Below the pieces are notes generated by a model. The model was not told where the DNA came from. It made no database searches and saw only the letters and a program-made list of their open reading frames with translations. The position numbers and the translations under genes were made by a program. Below are positions 6,982 through 15,413 of a stretch of 19,580 bases of DNA, piece by piece. The stretch lies in contig JAISCZ010000094.1 of NCBI GenBank assembly GCA_031265205.1, forward strand, positions 1 through 19,580, in the 5' to 3' direction. This DNA is from Deltaproteobacteria bacterium. Its GTDB lineage: Bacteria; Desulfobacterota; Desulfarculia; Adiutricales; Adiutricaceae. The number at the start of each line of letters is the position of its first letter. The first letter of the stretch is position 1.

Positions 6982-8172
6982 GTGTCCCCAACGCCTCCCC
7001 CGCCCAGCGCCTCTCCCCCCGGCGCCCACTCCAGCGCCAAGGCCGCTTTAAAGGCCCTGGCGGTTTTTTTCTTTTTGGGCCTCGTCGCCCTCGGCTGGTG
7101 GCTGGCCTTTAAAAGAGGCTACGTTTCCACGGACGACGCCTACGTCCAGGGCAACATTGTCCGCTTGAACGCCCAGGTCGCGGGCACGGTCACCGCGATT
7201 TTGGCCGACGCGACCCAAAGGGTCGCCGAGGGCGACGTTTTGGCGCGACTGGACTCCCAAGACGCCGAAAACGCCCTCGCCCGGGCCTGGAACGGCCTCC
7301 GGGCGGCCGCCCGCGACGTTTCCGCCCTCTACGCCGAAAGGGATAGGCTCCAGGCCGTCATCTTGGCCCAAGAGAGGACCTTGGACCTCAGCCGCCGGGA
7401 TCTGGAAAGGCGCGGCAAACTCTTTAGCGGCAATTCGGTGACCCAAGAAGAGCTGGAGCGCCACCAGATCCAAGTCCAAATCAACGAGGCCAATCTCCAA
7501 GCCGCCCAGGCCTCCCTCCTTTCCGCCAACCGCCGTCTGGGGGAAGGCCCCCCGGAAGAGCATCCCGCTATTTTAGAGGCGGCGTCCTTGGTGGAAAGCG
7601 CGTGGCTCGAGCTTTCCCGCCACGAAATTAAAAGCCCAGTCGCCGGGGTCGTCGCCAAACGCGCCGTCCAGGTGGGGAGCCAGGTGAGCCCCGGGACCCC
7701 CTTACTGATTTTAGTGGACGCGGAAAACGTCTGGGTGGACGCGAATTTCAAGGAGAGCCAGCTGGGAAACATCCGTCAGGGCCAACCCGCCCGGGTGACC
7801 GTGGACATGTACGGGAGTTCCGTCGTCTATCCCGCCGTGGTGGAGGGCCTCAGCCCCGGGACGGGCAGCGTCTTTTCCCTTCTCCCCCCGGAAAACGCCA
7901 CGGGCAACTGGATTAAAGTCGTCCAGAGGGCCCCTCTCCGCGTCGCCCTCGACCCCCAAGCCATCCGCGAGCGCCCGCTCCTGTTGGGCCTCTCCTGCTC
8001 CGTGGAGGTCAATCTCCGCGAAGGCGCCGTAAGTTCCGTCCCCTTTCGGGAAAAATGGGCCTTCGCGACGGACGCCATCGCGCGGGATTTGGATCCCGTC
8101 CGCCTGCAAATCCAAGACATAGTCCAGCGCGACCTCGGGGCGGCGGCGACGGTCGCCCCCGCGCAACCTTAA
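6982..8172 (+). CDS. HlyD-family membrane-fusion protein (EmrA-like periplasmic adaptor of an MFS efflux pump)
   Basis: GTG start with AAAGAG 6 nt upstream. Single N-terminal TM (LAVFFFLGLVALGWWLAF). EmrA signature YVSTDDAYVQGNIVRLNAQVAGTVTAI. Coiled-coil middle region and C-terminal beta-barrel-like region. Its stop overlaps the SD/start region of the following MFS gene. Confidence 0.85.
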   Translation: MSPTPPPPSASPPGAHSSAKAALKALAVFFFLGLVALGWWLAFKRGYVSTDDAYVQGNIVRLNAQVAGTVTAILADATQRVAEGDVLARLDSQDAENALARAWNGLRAAARDVSALYAERDRLQAVILAQERTLDLSRRDLERRGKLFSGNSVTQEELERHQIQVQINEANLQAAQASLLSANRRLGEGPPEEHPAILEAASLVESAWLELSRHEIKSPVAGVVAKRAVQVGSQVSPGTPLLILVDAENVWVDANFKESQLGNIRQGQPARVTVDMYGSSVVYPAVVEGLSPGTGSVFSLLPPENATGNWIKVVQRAPLRVALDPQAIRERPLLLGLSCSVEVNLREGAVSSVPFREKWAFATDAIARDLDPVRLQIQDIVQRDLGAAATVAPAQP

Positions 8173-8182
8173 GGCTTTTCCC

Positions 8183-9718
8183 ATGGCGGCAATCGCGCTC
8201 CGCGCGGGGGACTCTCTCCCCCCCATCACCGCCCGCGAAAGGGCGATCTTAACCTTCGCCCTGCCCCTCGCCACCTTTATGATGGTGGTGGACCTGACCA
8301 TCACCAACGTGGCGCTCCCCACCATCGCCGGAAACCTCGGGGCCTCCTACACCCAAGGGACCTGGATCATCACCTCCTACAGCGTGACCAACGCGATCGC
8401 GCTACCCCTCACGGGCCGTCTCGCCAAGCGCTACGGGGAGGTCAGGCTCTTTTTGGCCTCCACCGCCCTCTTCGCCCTGGCTTCCGTGTGCTGCGGGCTG
8501 GCCCCGAACATTACCGCCCTCGTCCTCTTTCGCGTTTTCCAGGGCGCCGCCGGCGGGCCCATGATTCCTTTGGCCCAATCCCTTCTGATCAACAATTACC
8601 CCAAAGAGAAAAAGGTGATGGCCCTGGCCCTCTGGTCCATGACCGTTTCGGTGGCGCCGGTGATAGGCCCCATTTTGGGAGGCGCCATCAGCGACAGTTA
8701 CCACTGGAGTTGGATCTTTTTTATCAACGCGCCTTTCGGGGCGATCGTGGTCTATTGCGTCGCCAAGGTCCTCTACCGCCGCGATTCCCCCACGAGCCCG
8801 GCGCCCTTCGGGACGGTTAATTTTCTCTTCCTCGCCCTGGGAGTGGGGGCGCTCCAAACGCTCCTCGACAAAGGCAAGGAACTCGACTGGTTCCACAGCG
8901 ATTTGATCGTGGCCCTGGCGGTCGTCGCCGTCGTGGGAATTACCCTCCTCATCGTCTGGGAAAGGCGCGACCCCGACCCCATAATTGACCTAAGCCTCTT
9001 TAAGTCCCGCAACTATTCCGTGGGCGCCGCTCTAATCAGCCTCGGCATGATGCTGTACATGGGGACCGTGGTCCTTTTGCCGCTCCTCCTGCAGACCTGG
9101 CATGGCTACACCGCCACCTGGGCGGGCCTGGCCCTCGCCCCCATCGGCCTTTTTCCCATCGTCCTCACCCCGCTGATAGGTCGCTACTCCCGTCGGCCGG
9201 ACTTGCGGCCCGTCGTCACTTTGAGCTTTTTAATCTTCGCGGGCTGCATGTTCGCGCGGACTTCTTTCGCGCCCCAGGCCGACCTCAAATTCGTCGTGCT
9301 CCCCCAGCTGATCCAAGGTCTCGCCCTGGCCACCTTTTTCGTGCCGCTCACGGCCCTGGCCTTTATGGACACGCCCCGCGAAAAAATGGCCTCGGCCGCG
9401 GGGCTCTTTAACTGCGTCCGCACCCTTTTCGGCGGGGTCGGGGCCTCCGTCGCGACGACCCTGTGGGAGCGCCGGGAGGCCTTCCACCACACCCGCCTGG
9501 TCGAAAATATCGACGGGATAAATCCCCTCTCCATCAGGGCGCTCGAAAGCCTCCAGTCCATGGGCCTCGGGGAAAGCGAGGCCTTGGGCTATCTGAGCCG
9601 GGAAATTACCAAGCAGGGCTACATTTTCGCCGGGGCGGAGATCTTCCAGCTCTGCGCCTTCGCTTTCTTAGCCATGATCGCCGTCGTCTGGCTCGCTCGG
9701 ACCCAGCGCGGCGCCTAA
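8183..9718 (+). CDS. MFS transporter, DHA2 (EmrB/QacA-like, 14-TM) drug:H+ antiporter family
   Basis: 511 aa with ~14 hydrophobic segments. MFS motif A-like GRLAKRYGEVRLF. Length and architecture are typical of EmrB. Translationally coupled to the adaptor gene. Confidence 0.85.
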   Translation: MAAIALRAGDSLPPITARERAILTFALPLATFMMVVDLTITNVALPTIAGNLGASYTQGTWIITSYSVTNAIALPLTGRLAKRYGEVRLFLASTALFALASVCCGLAPNITALVLFRVFQGAAGGPMIPLAQSLLINNYPKEKKVMALALWSMTVSVAPVIGPILGGAISDSYHWSWIFFINAPFGAIVVYCVAKVLYRRDSPTSPAPFGTVNFLFLALGVGALQTLLDKGKELDWFHSDLIVALAVVAVVGITLLIVWERRDPDPIIDLSLFKSRNYSVGAALISLGMMLYMGTVVLLPLLLQTWHGYTATWAGLALAPIGLFPIVLTPLIGRYSRRPDLRPVVTLSFLIFAGCMFARTSFAPQADLKFVVLPQLIQGLALATFFVPLTALAFMDTPREKMASAAGLFNCVRTLFGGVGASVATTLWERREAFHHTRLVENIDGINPLSIRALESLQSMGLGESEALGYLSREITKQGYIFAGAEIFQLCAFAFLAMIAVVWLARTQRGA

Positions 9719-9734
9719 ACGCGCCCGCCCGCGA

Positions 9735-9776
9735 GGCGGCGCGAAAGCCGCCGCCCGCGGGAAACCCTTTTCCCTC
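9735..9776. terminator. GC-rich hairpins plus T-tract between convergent genes (probable bidirectional terminator region)
   Basis: Hairpin 1: ggcggcg-cgaaagc-cgccgcc (9735-9755). Hairpin 2: gggaaa-ccct-tttccc (9759-9774) with a ttttcc tract. Confidence 0.4.
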
Positions 9777-9783
9777 CGGGCGG

Positions 9784-10422
9784 CTACTCCACCGCGAAGC
9801 TAGAAAAAGAGCGCGCGCAGACGGAGACGTAATATTCCGAAGCCAAGAGACCCGACTCGTAATATTCTTGGGGTTCCTCGATCGTTTTGGTAAAACCGCA
9901 GCCCCAAACGAAGATATAGCGCTCTTTGGGAACGAGGTAAACGTGATCCCAAGTTTTCGCGGCCCCGTCGCCGCGCGGAATTTCACCCTCGAGGTAAGCC
10001 TTCGCGTAAGGCCAATCGCGGTCAAGGCCGCGCGACAGATAGCGGACGGCGTAAGCGGGCGAGTCTAAAAGCGGCGCGAGAGAGTCCCAGTAGTCGCCGA
10101 GCGCCTCATGGTCCCAGCCGCCCCGCCCGTCCCGCGAGGAATAGGCGGAAGGTAAATCCCCGCCGATCAGCTTCAGGTAGAGGGATTCCTCCATGACCGC
10201 ATTAAGCTCTTTTTTATAAAAGCGGATGAAACCGGCGCCGGGATTTTCGTCTAAGGCGAAATCTTCGGGATAACTGAAACGGACGGCGCCGCCCGGAAAG
10301 AGGATGTCGCTGTCGCGCCACGTTAAGCCGCCGTGGCCGTCCCCGGCCAAGAGCGCCAAGATTAGGAGCGAAAGCGGGGCCGAAAGAGCTAAAAATCGCT
10401 GGCGGAATAAGAAAAATGACAC
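9784..10422 (-). CDS. Secreted hypothetical protein (signal peptide)
   Basis: 212-aa minus-strand ORF with a GTG start and GAGAGG SD 6 nt upstream. N-terminal signal-peptide-like MSFFLFRQRFLALSAPLSLLILALLAG. Trp/Tyr/Asp-rich mature part. Convergent with the MFS gene. No family recognised. Confidence 0.5.
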   Translation of the reverse strand: MSFFLFRQRFLALSAPLSLLILALLAGDGHGGLTWRDSDILFPGGAVRFSYPEDFALDENPGAGFIRFYKKELNAVMEESLYLKLIGGDLPSAYSSRDGRGGWDHEALGDYWDSLAPLLDSPAYAVRYLSRGLDRDWPYAKAYLEGEIPRGDGAAKTWDHVYLVPKERYIFVWGCGFTKTIEEPQEYYESGLLASEYYVSVCARSFSSFAVE

Positions 10423-11055
10423 GCGCGCCTCTCGCCGTGGGAAATCCCCTCCCCATCAGCGCCTCCATTTTAGGCCCGGCCACCCCTGAAAAACAAGTTC
10501 CCCCATGGGGGCCTTCCCGCGCCTGGGGCCCGAACGGAGAGGCCAAACGGAGCGTCTCCGGACGAAAGGCCCGGGGGCGGAAGCTGGGAGTTCCGGGAAA
10601 ATAATTTTGAGGCCAAGGCGCGAAATTGGGCGGCCAGAGGGCCAATTTATCCAGCGCGCTCGCCGCCGCCCCTCTCTTTGGGTAGCGCGTTAAAGCTCTT
10701 TCGCGTCGCGCTCGCGAGCGGCGCGCGAGAACCATCGCGGCCCGTTCCGGTCGGAGTAAAGATAACTCCGCCGGGGGCCCCACGCGCGCGGCCGCGGGGC
10801 CGCGCGGGGAGGCGCGCTTGTCCCCAAGCCTCCCCTCGTCAGTCCGCCGGGAGCCTTAAGCCGCGGGCGCGTGAAAGCGCCTTAGCCGCGGCGACGCTCC
10901 CCAATCGTCCCGAAAGGGGCGCGAAGGGCGCCAAGGCGCGGAGCGTCGCGGTTTTAAGGGATAAGAGAAGGCGTAAGCCCATCGGAAAGGGAAGCGCGAA
11001 ATAGGGAAACGAGCGCCCACGGAACGACAAGTCGCCCTGAAAATTGTTTTAAAAG

Positions 11056-11084
11056 TTGCTTTTTCCCTCCGCCACAAGTTAATA
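11056..11084 (+). promoter_or_regulatory. Candidate sigma70-like promoter TTGCTT-N17-TTAATA
   Basis: The only AT-rich patch inside the 838-bp GC-rich gap. It is oriented toward ORF 11261 and the recombinase-like gene. Confidence 0.3.
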
Positions 11085-11260
11085 TGGAAGGACAAACCGC
11101 GCGAGCGGCGAACGTCAATTAAATTTATTCGCTCCTCCGTTGGCCGCCCCCCTTTTGGGGAAAGCGGCGTTTTCCCCCCGCCCCTCCCCCGCGCGGGCTT
11201 CGCGTTCGCGCGGGCCGCCATAAGGGCGCGCCGGGGCTACGCGAGCGAAACTGGAATAAA

Positions 11261-11716
11261 ATGACCGCTGGAATCGCGAAAGACATATTAGACCGCTCGC
11301 GCGATCTAGCGGCGCGGCGCGCCTTTTGGGCCCGCGAGGCCTTGGGGCCGATAGCGAATCAAGACAGTCTCGCGCGCCATGACGGCCAAAAACCTATTCA
11401 AGCCCTTAAAATAGGCGCCGCCGTTGGCGACTCGGATTCCCGGAAAATCTTTTCCCGCCGCTCTTTCTTGGAAATAGCCTTGGAGGAAAGGCGCGTAAAA
11501 CTCAGCGCCCGCGATATTTCCCAAGATAATAACGCGAACGCGCTTCTCTCTACCGGAACGCGGCTTTTCGCCGCGTTAGCCTTGTTAGCGTTCGCGCCTT
11601 TATTTTTAAAAATCGCCAACGTTGGCGAGCCTTGTCGCGCCGCGGTCAACGGCGATTTTCCAGGCGACGGGCCGGCCCCGCGAGTCCCCGCGGAGAGAAA
11701 GGGGGGAAACAAATGA
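11261..11716 (+). CDS. Hypothetical protein (weak call)
   Basis: 151-aa ORF whose TGA overlaps the ATG of the downstream recombinase-like gene (ATGA overlap), suggesting translational coupling. There is a possible promoter at 11056-11084. The composition is Ala/Arg-rich and no motif was recognised, so it could be a spurious GC-rich ORF. Confidence 0.25.
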   Translation: MTAGIAKDILDRSRDLAARRAFWAREALGPIANQDSLARHDGQKPIQALKIGAAVGDSDSRKIFSRRSFLEIALEERRVKLSARDISQDNNANALLSTGTRLFAALALLAFAPLFLKIANVGEPCRAAVNGDFPGDGPAPRVPAERKGGNK

Positions 11717-13176
11717 GCGATTTTGACGCGGAGTGGGCCATCGCCTCCGTTCTTAAATTGATGGAACAAAAAGGGTACGTCCGCAAGAGCGTCATGGCTG
11801 TTCAAAGGGCTTACCGAGACGGGCTCCAAAGCTATCTCGCGCGAAAAGGCGCGACGCGGGCGACTTTGGACGATCTTGACGCCCATGTCAGGGAAAAACG
11901 CGCTCTCCACGAGGCGGGCCTCTTAAGCGTGGACCTCTGGAAGCTCGCCCGACGTTCCATAGAGGTTTTAAAAACCTTCGTCCTTACGGGCGACATCGAA
12001 ACGCCAAGAGTCGTCGCGTGGGACAGCGCGGCCCAAACGCCGCGCCTTTGCCTCGCGCGGCGCGTTCCGCCGCCGGAGCGATTAAACGCTCCGGACGATA
12101 TTTACGCGCAGCTTTGGCTGACCCGCCAGGAACTTCTCAAGATGGGCCTGAGCGAAGCGACGACGCGAAATTACACTGTCACGGGATTTAACGCCATCCT
12201 CCGCGCGCACGAGGAACTGGGCCTCAAGAGCTACAGCGAGAGCGCGATCTCCTCTCTAATCGCGGAGGCCAGGCGCGATTTCGAATCCGGGCGCAAATCG
12301 CGAGCCCGTTTAACCTGCCTCCTGAAAACCAGTTCCTGGCTCAGCGAATGGCGCCAAACCGGAAAACTCGCTATCTCCGGTCTCCACCGCACCGGCCAAT
12401 TGGAGCCAACCCCGGCTTTCGCCAGCCTCGCGGAGGCCTATTACGCCGAAGGCGCGGCTTTCCGCTCTTACGCCAAAAGCTTCGCCCGTCTCGTTAAAAG
12501 CGTTCTCCGGAGCGTTTTCTTTGAGCTGGAAGACGAGGGGTTTGAGTCATTTGAGGGGGTCACTCCCGCGTTATTCAAGAAAATAATAGACACTCTCGCC
12601 ATCCGCCGCAAAAACGGCGCGTCCACGCTGATTTCCGTTACCAGGGCCTTTTGCCATTTTCTGTTCTCCACCGGGCGCGTCAAGGAGGATTTAGGCCAAG
12701 AGCTTGGCCTGGACGCCGGGAAGGAAAAGCGTTTCCGGGACAGATTTTCCGCTGAAGAGGCCCGCGCTTTGCTGGAGGCCCCTAATCGCGAAACCCCGGA
12801 AGGCAAACGCGATTTCGCCATTATGCTCTTGGCGGCGCGCACGGGCGCGACCGCCGACGCTATCGCCAATATCAAGCGCGAGGACATTAATTTCCCGAGC
12901 GAGGAAATCCGCCTCCCCCTGGCCAACGCGCGCCAAGCCGTTCCCCTGGCCCTACCGCCGGACTGCCTTAAGGCTCTGGCGGATTACCTGGAAAACGGTC
13001 GCCCCCCCAGTCCTCTTCCCCATCTTTTTCTCTACGGCGAAGCGGACGCGCCGACTCCCCTCGACGCCCGTAAAATCAGCCGCGTGGTCAGAACTCATTT
13101 AAAAAAGGCCAATTTCAGCGGCCCTAAGGGCGCGGGATGGGGCTATCAGAGTTTACGGCGGACAGGCTTACCCTAA
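11713..13176 (+). CDS. Tyrosine recombinase (phage-integrase family)-like protein, degenerate and apparently C-terminally truncated (possible pseudogene or inactive relic)
   Basis: Strong SD (AAAGGGGGGAAACAA-ATG). An N-terminal SAM-like core-binding region is followed by a box-I-like segment RDFAIMLLAARTGATADAIANIKREDI (compare XerD RDRAMLELLYATGLRVSEL). The conserved TGLR Arg is replaced (TGAT). The protein ends at …GYQSLRRTGLP*, which resembles the HxLRHT box with H to Q. No downstream LGH…Y nucleophile segment is found in any frame after 13176. Confidence 0.6.
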   Translation: MSDFDAEWAIASVLKLMEQKGYVRKSVMAVQRAYRDGLQSYLARKGATRATLDDLDAHVREKRALHEAGLLSVDLWKLARRSIEVLKTFVLTGDIETPRVVAWDSAAQTPRLCLARRVPPPERLNAPDDIYAQLWLTRQELLKMGLSEATTRNYTVTGFNAILRAHEELGLKSYSESAISSLIAEARRDFESGRKSRARLTCLLKTSSWLSEWRQTGKLAISGLHRTGQLEPTPAFASLAEAYYAEGAAFRSYAKSFARLVKSVLRSVFFELEDEGFESFEGVTPALFKKIIDTLAIRRKNGASTLISVTRAFCHFLFSTGRVKEDLGQELGLDAGKEKRFRDRFSAEEARALLEAPNRETPEGKRDFAIMLLAARTGATADAIANIKREDINFPSEEIRLPLANARQAVPLALPPDCLKALADYLENGRPPSPLPHLFLYGEADAPTPLDARKISRVVRTHLKKANFSGPKGAGWGYQSLRRTGLP

Positions 13177-13519
13177 AAAAGAGGCGGCCCGCGCGACCTC
13201 GCCAAAAATTTTTCCATAGCCCCGCCAGGCGCGCCGCGAAGAAAACGAGCGAAAACGCGAGGACGCTTCCAAGGTCGCCCGCTCCTTAAATTTCTCCCCG
13301 GAGCGAGGCCCCGGCCTCGCGTCTCGCCCCTTACCGCGCGCCAGTCGCGTTTGCCGGAGGGGGCTTTACGGCGGTAGGGCGGCCCCGCGCCTTCCGCCTC
13401 CGCGCGGGCGCGGCGGGCCTTCCCGCTCGCCGCGCCCGCGCGCGCTCCCCGCTAATCCCGCGCCTCCGGGGGACTTAAAGGGAGGCGTTTCCCAAGAAAA
13501 CCCGCGCGCCGCGCCGCTT

Positions 13520-13570
13520 AAAAAAAATATCCCCTCTCTTTCCGTCTTCGCGGGGAAAAGAGGGGATATA
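13520..13570 (-). terminator. Rho-independent terminator of the Crp/Fnr-family gene
   Basis: A8 tract (13520-13527) is followed by a near-perfect inverted repeat tatcccctctcttt…aaaagaggggata (13528-13570). On the minus strand this is a hairpin followed by U8. It lies 55 nt past the minus-strand stop. Confidence 0.6.
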
Positions 13571-13625
13571 TCCGAGGCGAGCTTGACGCCACAAAGGCGC
13601 GAGGCGAGGCTGAAGAGAGGCTAAA

Positions 13626-14312
13626 TTAAAGGTCTTTGAGCGTCCCCTGAACCAGGGCGTTTAAGATATCGCGGTTTAAAATGACGATATAGGGCTTCTC
13701 CTCCATAATAGCTTTTTTCCCTTTCAGGAAGGTCAAAGCGCGGGAAACCGTCTCCGGGGAAGTGCCGATGAAGGACGCGAGCTGGCCTTTGCTGAAGTTC
13801 AGCTTCATCCTTCCGCTGACTTCCTCGTGATTCAAGATAAAGGAAGCCAAACGGGCGGGCGCTTCTTTGATGGTCCTCGACTCGAAAAGGTGAGCGAAAT
13901 CAGCCAATTTCAAAGCGAGGAGACTGAGGAAATTGCGCCCGAGACTGGAATTTTCGGCGATAAGCCGCCTCATCCTTTCTCCCGCGAAAAAATAAGCGCT
14001 CGATTTATCCAGAGACTGGGCGGTGGAAGGATATCCGTGCTCCAGAAAAATTCCGGCTTCGCCGAAGGAGTCGCCCGGCGCCAAAACGCGCAGAAGCTGT
14101 TCCTTCGAGCCGTTTCCGCTCACGAAAATCCTTATCTTACCCTCAACCAAAACGTAAAGACCGCCTCCAGGATCGCCGCGATTGAAAATGACCTGACCAG
14201 GCTGGTAATGTTTCAAAACGGCGGTTTGTAAAAGCGTTTCAATATCTTGAGGCTCAAGATCGCAAAAAAAAGCGGTTTTTTTCACAATCAAACTAAGATC
14301 ATCCTGAGTCAT
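13626..14312 (-). CDS. Crp/Fnr-family transcriptional regulator (cNMP-binding domain plus C-terminal HTH)
   Basis: 228 aa with a perfect AAGGAGG SD 7 nt upstream of the ATG. cNMP-binding fold motifs: GQVIFNRGDPGGGLYVLVEGKIRIF…LAPGDSFGEAGIF. HTH: GQLASFIGTSPETVSRALTFLKGKKAI. There is no N-terminal Cys cluster, so it is Crp-like rather than FNR-like. Confidence 0.85.
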   Translation of the reverse strand: MTQDDLSLIVKKTAFFCDLEPQDIETLLQTAVLKHYQPGQVIFNRGDPGGGLYVLVEGKIRIFVSGNGSKEQLLRVLAPGDSFGEAGIFLEHGYPSTAQSLDKSSAYFFAGERMRRLIAENSSLGRNFLSLLALKLADFAHLFESRTIKEAPARLASFILNHEEVSGRMKLNFSKGQLASFIGTSPETVSRALTFLKGKKAIMEEKPYIVILNRDILNALVQGTLKDL

Positions 14313-14466
14313 TTACGGCCTCCTTGACCGCCACATTTTCTATGACGGAACGTGACAAACCCATGAACAGAATAACACAAAATTATTTCAAAAAAAACTT
14401 AAATTCCGAAAAGACTCGACTTTTTTTATATAATACAAGCAAAATCAAGCTATTCGCTATTTGAAA

Positions 14467-14480
14467 TTGATCCAAATCAT
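14467..14480. promoter_or_regulatory. FNR/CRP-family-like box TTGAT-CCAA-ATCAT ~155 nt upstream of the Crp/Fnr-family gene
   Basis: The site matches the TTGAT-N4-ATCAA consensus in 9 of 10 positions. It lies in the regulator's own AT-rich upstream region. Confidence 0.35.
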
Positions 14481-14618
14481 ATTTCCAAAGAAATCATACG
14501 CTAAAAATAGATTTAAATCAACACTATTTTGGACGGATAAATCAGAACAGACGCGTTGTTCCAATCTCCAATAATACAAGAACTTTGCCGAAATTACGCG
14601 TAAACATTGATTTGGCGA

Positions 14619-14673
14619 GGAATCTCGCGAAACGCGAAGGTTAATAGGAATCTCGTTAAACGCGAAGGTTAAG
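14619..14673. repeat. Two 26-bp direct repeats (GGAATCTCG[CG/TT]AAACGCGAAGGTTAA) separated by 3 bp
   Basis: Seen directly at 14619-14644 and 14648-14673 (24 of 26 identical). Confidence 0.7.
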
Positions 14674-15145
14674 ACAAAACATCCATATTAACCAATATGA
14701 GTTAAAACGCGCCATTTTAAAAAAGCGAAAAATTAACGTCCCTATTACGCGGATATTCGCCGCGATAATCGCGAACGTTCGTTCCGCCCATTTCGCGCGC
14801 GTTTCCGCGCCAAACAGCGGGCAAATAATGGCAATACGCGCGCGGCCACTTATTGGCGCGGAAAATCGTCTAATTCCGACGGCGCGGGTTATCGCGCTCC
14901 CCAAACGCGATTGAGGCCTCTTGAGAAAAATGTCCCGTCCACGCGAAATAAACGCCATTCAGGATTAAACGCGCGCGCGATAATATTTTTTTAGCTCGCG
15001 AACGCTTTTGGCTCCGATAAGGCTCTATTTTAAAATTTCGCGTCGCGACGCGGCGGCTCGATAACTGGTTTAAGTTATGGAGACAAACGCTCGCGCGCCG
15101 CGCGAGGCGAGGGGGTAGCCTCAACCGCGACTCGCGTATAGAAAC

Positions 15146-15195
15146 GGGGACGCCAACCTGGGCCTTAAGCGCGTGGTCAGGCGCTTGGCGTCCCC
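15146..15195. other. Strong hairpin: 11-bp perfect stem (GGGGACGCCAA / TTGGCGTCCCC) with a 28-nt partly self-pairing loop
   Basis: Seen directly. On the minus strand it is followed by a GTTTCTATA U-rich tract, ~220 nt beyond the autotransporter stop. It could be a distal terminator or an RNA structural element. Confidence 0.45.
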
Positions 15196-15413
15196 AAAAC
15201 GTTCGCGGGAAATCATAGGCGCTCGCGAAATAACTCAAAATCGCCAAAATTATAGCTATGTCGGGTACCGACACATATAGAAGTTACGGGATATTGGGTC
15301 AAAAACGCCTCAAAATATTACGCTGTATCCATTCTAGGAGATATAGCGGCAAAATGGATTTTTGACGCCGCAAGCGAAAGAAAGCGCCTGAATGGTCACG
15401 TTTTGGGCGTCCT

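Noticed and set aside
10214-11221. ORFs 10214-10783(-), 10304-10489, 10416-10604, 10505-10693, 10678-11004(+) and 10856-11221(-) in the GC-rich gap
   Set aside because: They overlap each other and are extremely Arg/Pro/Ala-rich. They have no SD and no recognisable motifs. This is the signature of random ORFs in GC-rich noncoding DNA, so the region is treated as ORF-free.
14656-15274. Minus-strand ORFs 14656-14958 and 14870-15274 in the AT-rich spacer
   Set aside because: They have no SD and overlap each other. Their translations are low-complexity, and the region is better explained as regulatory or structural DNA full of CGCG motifs.
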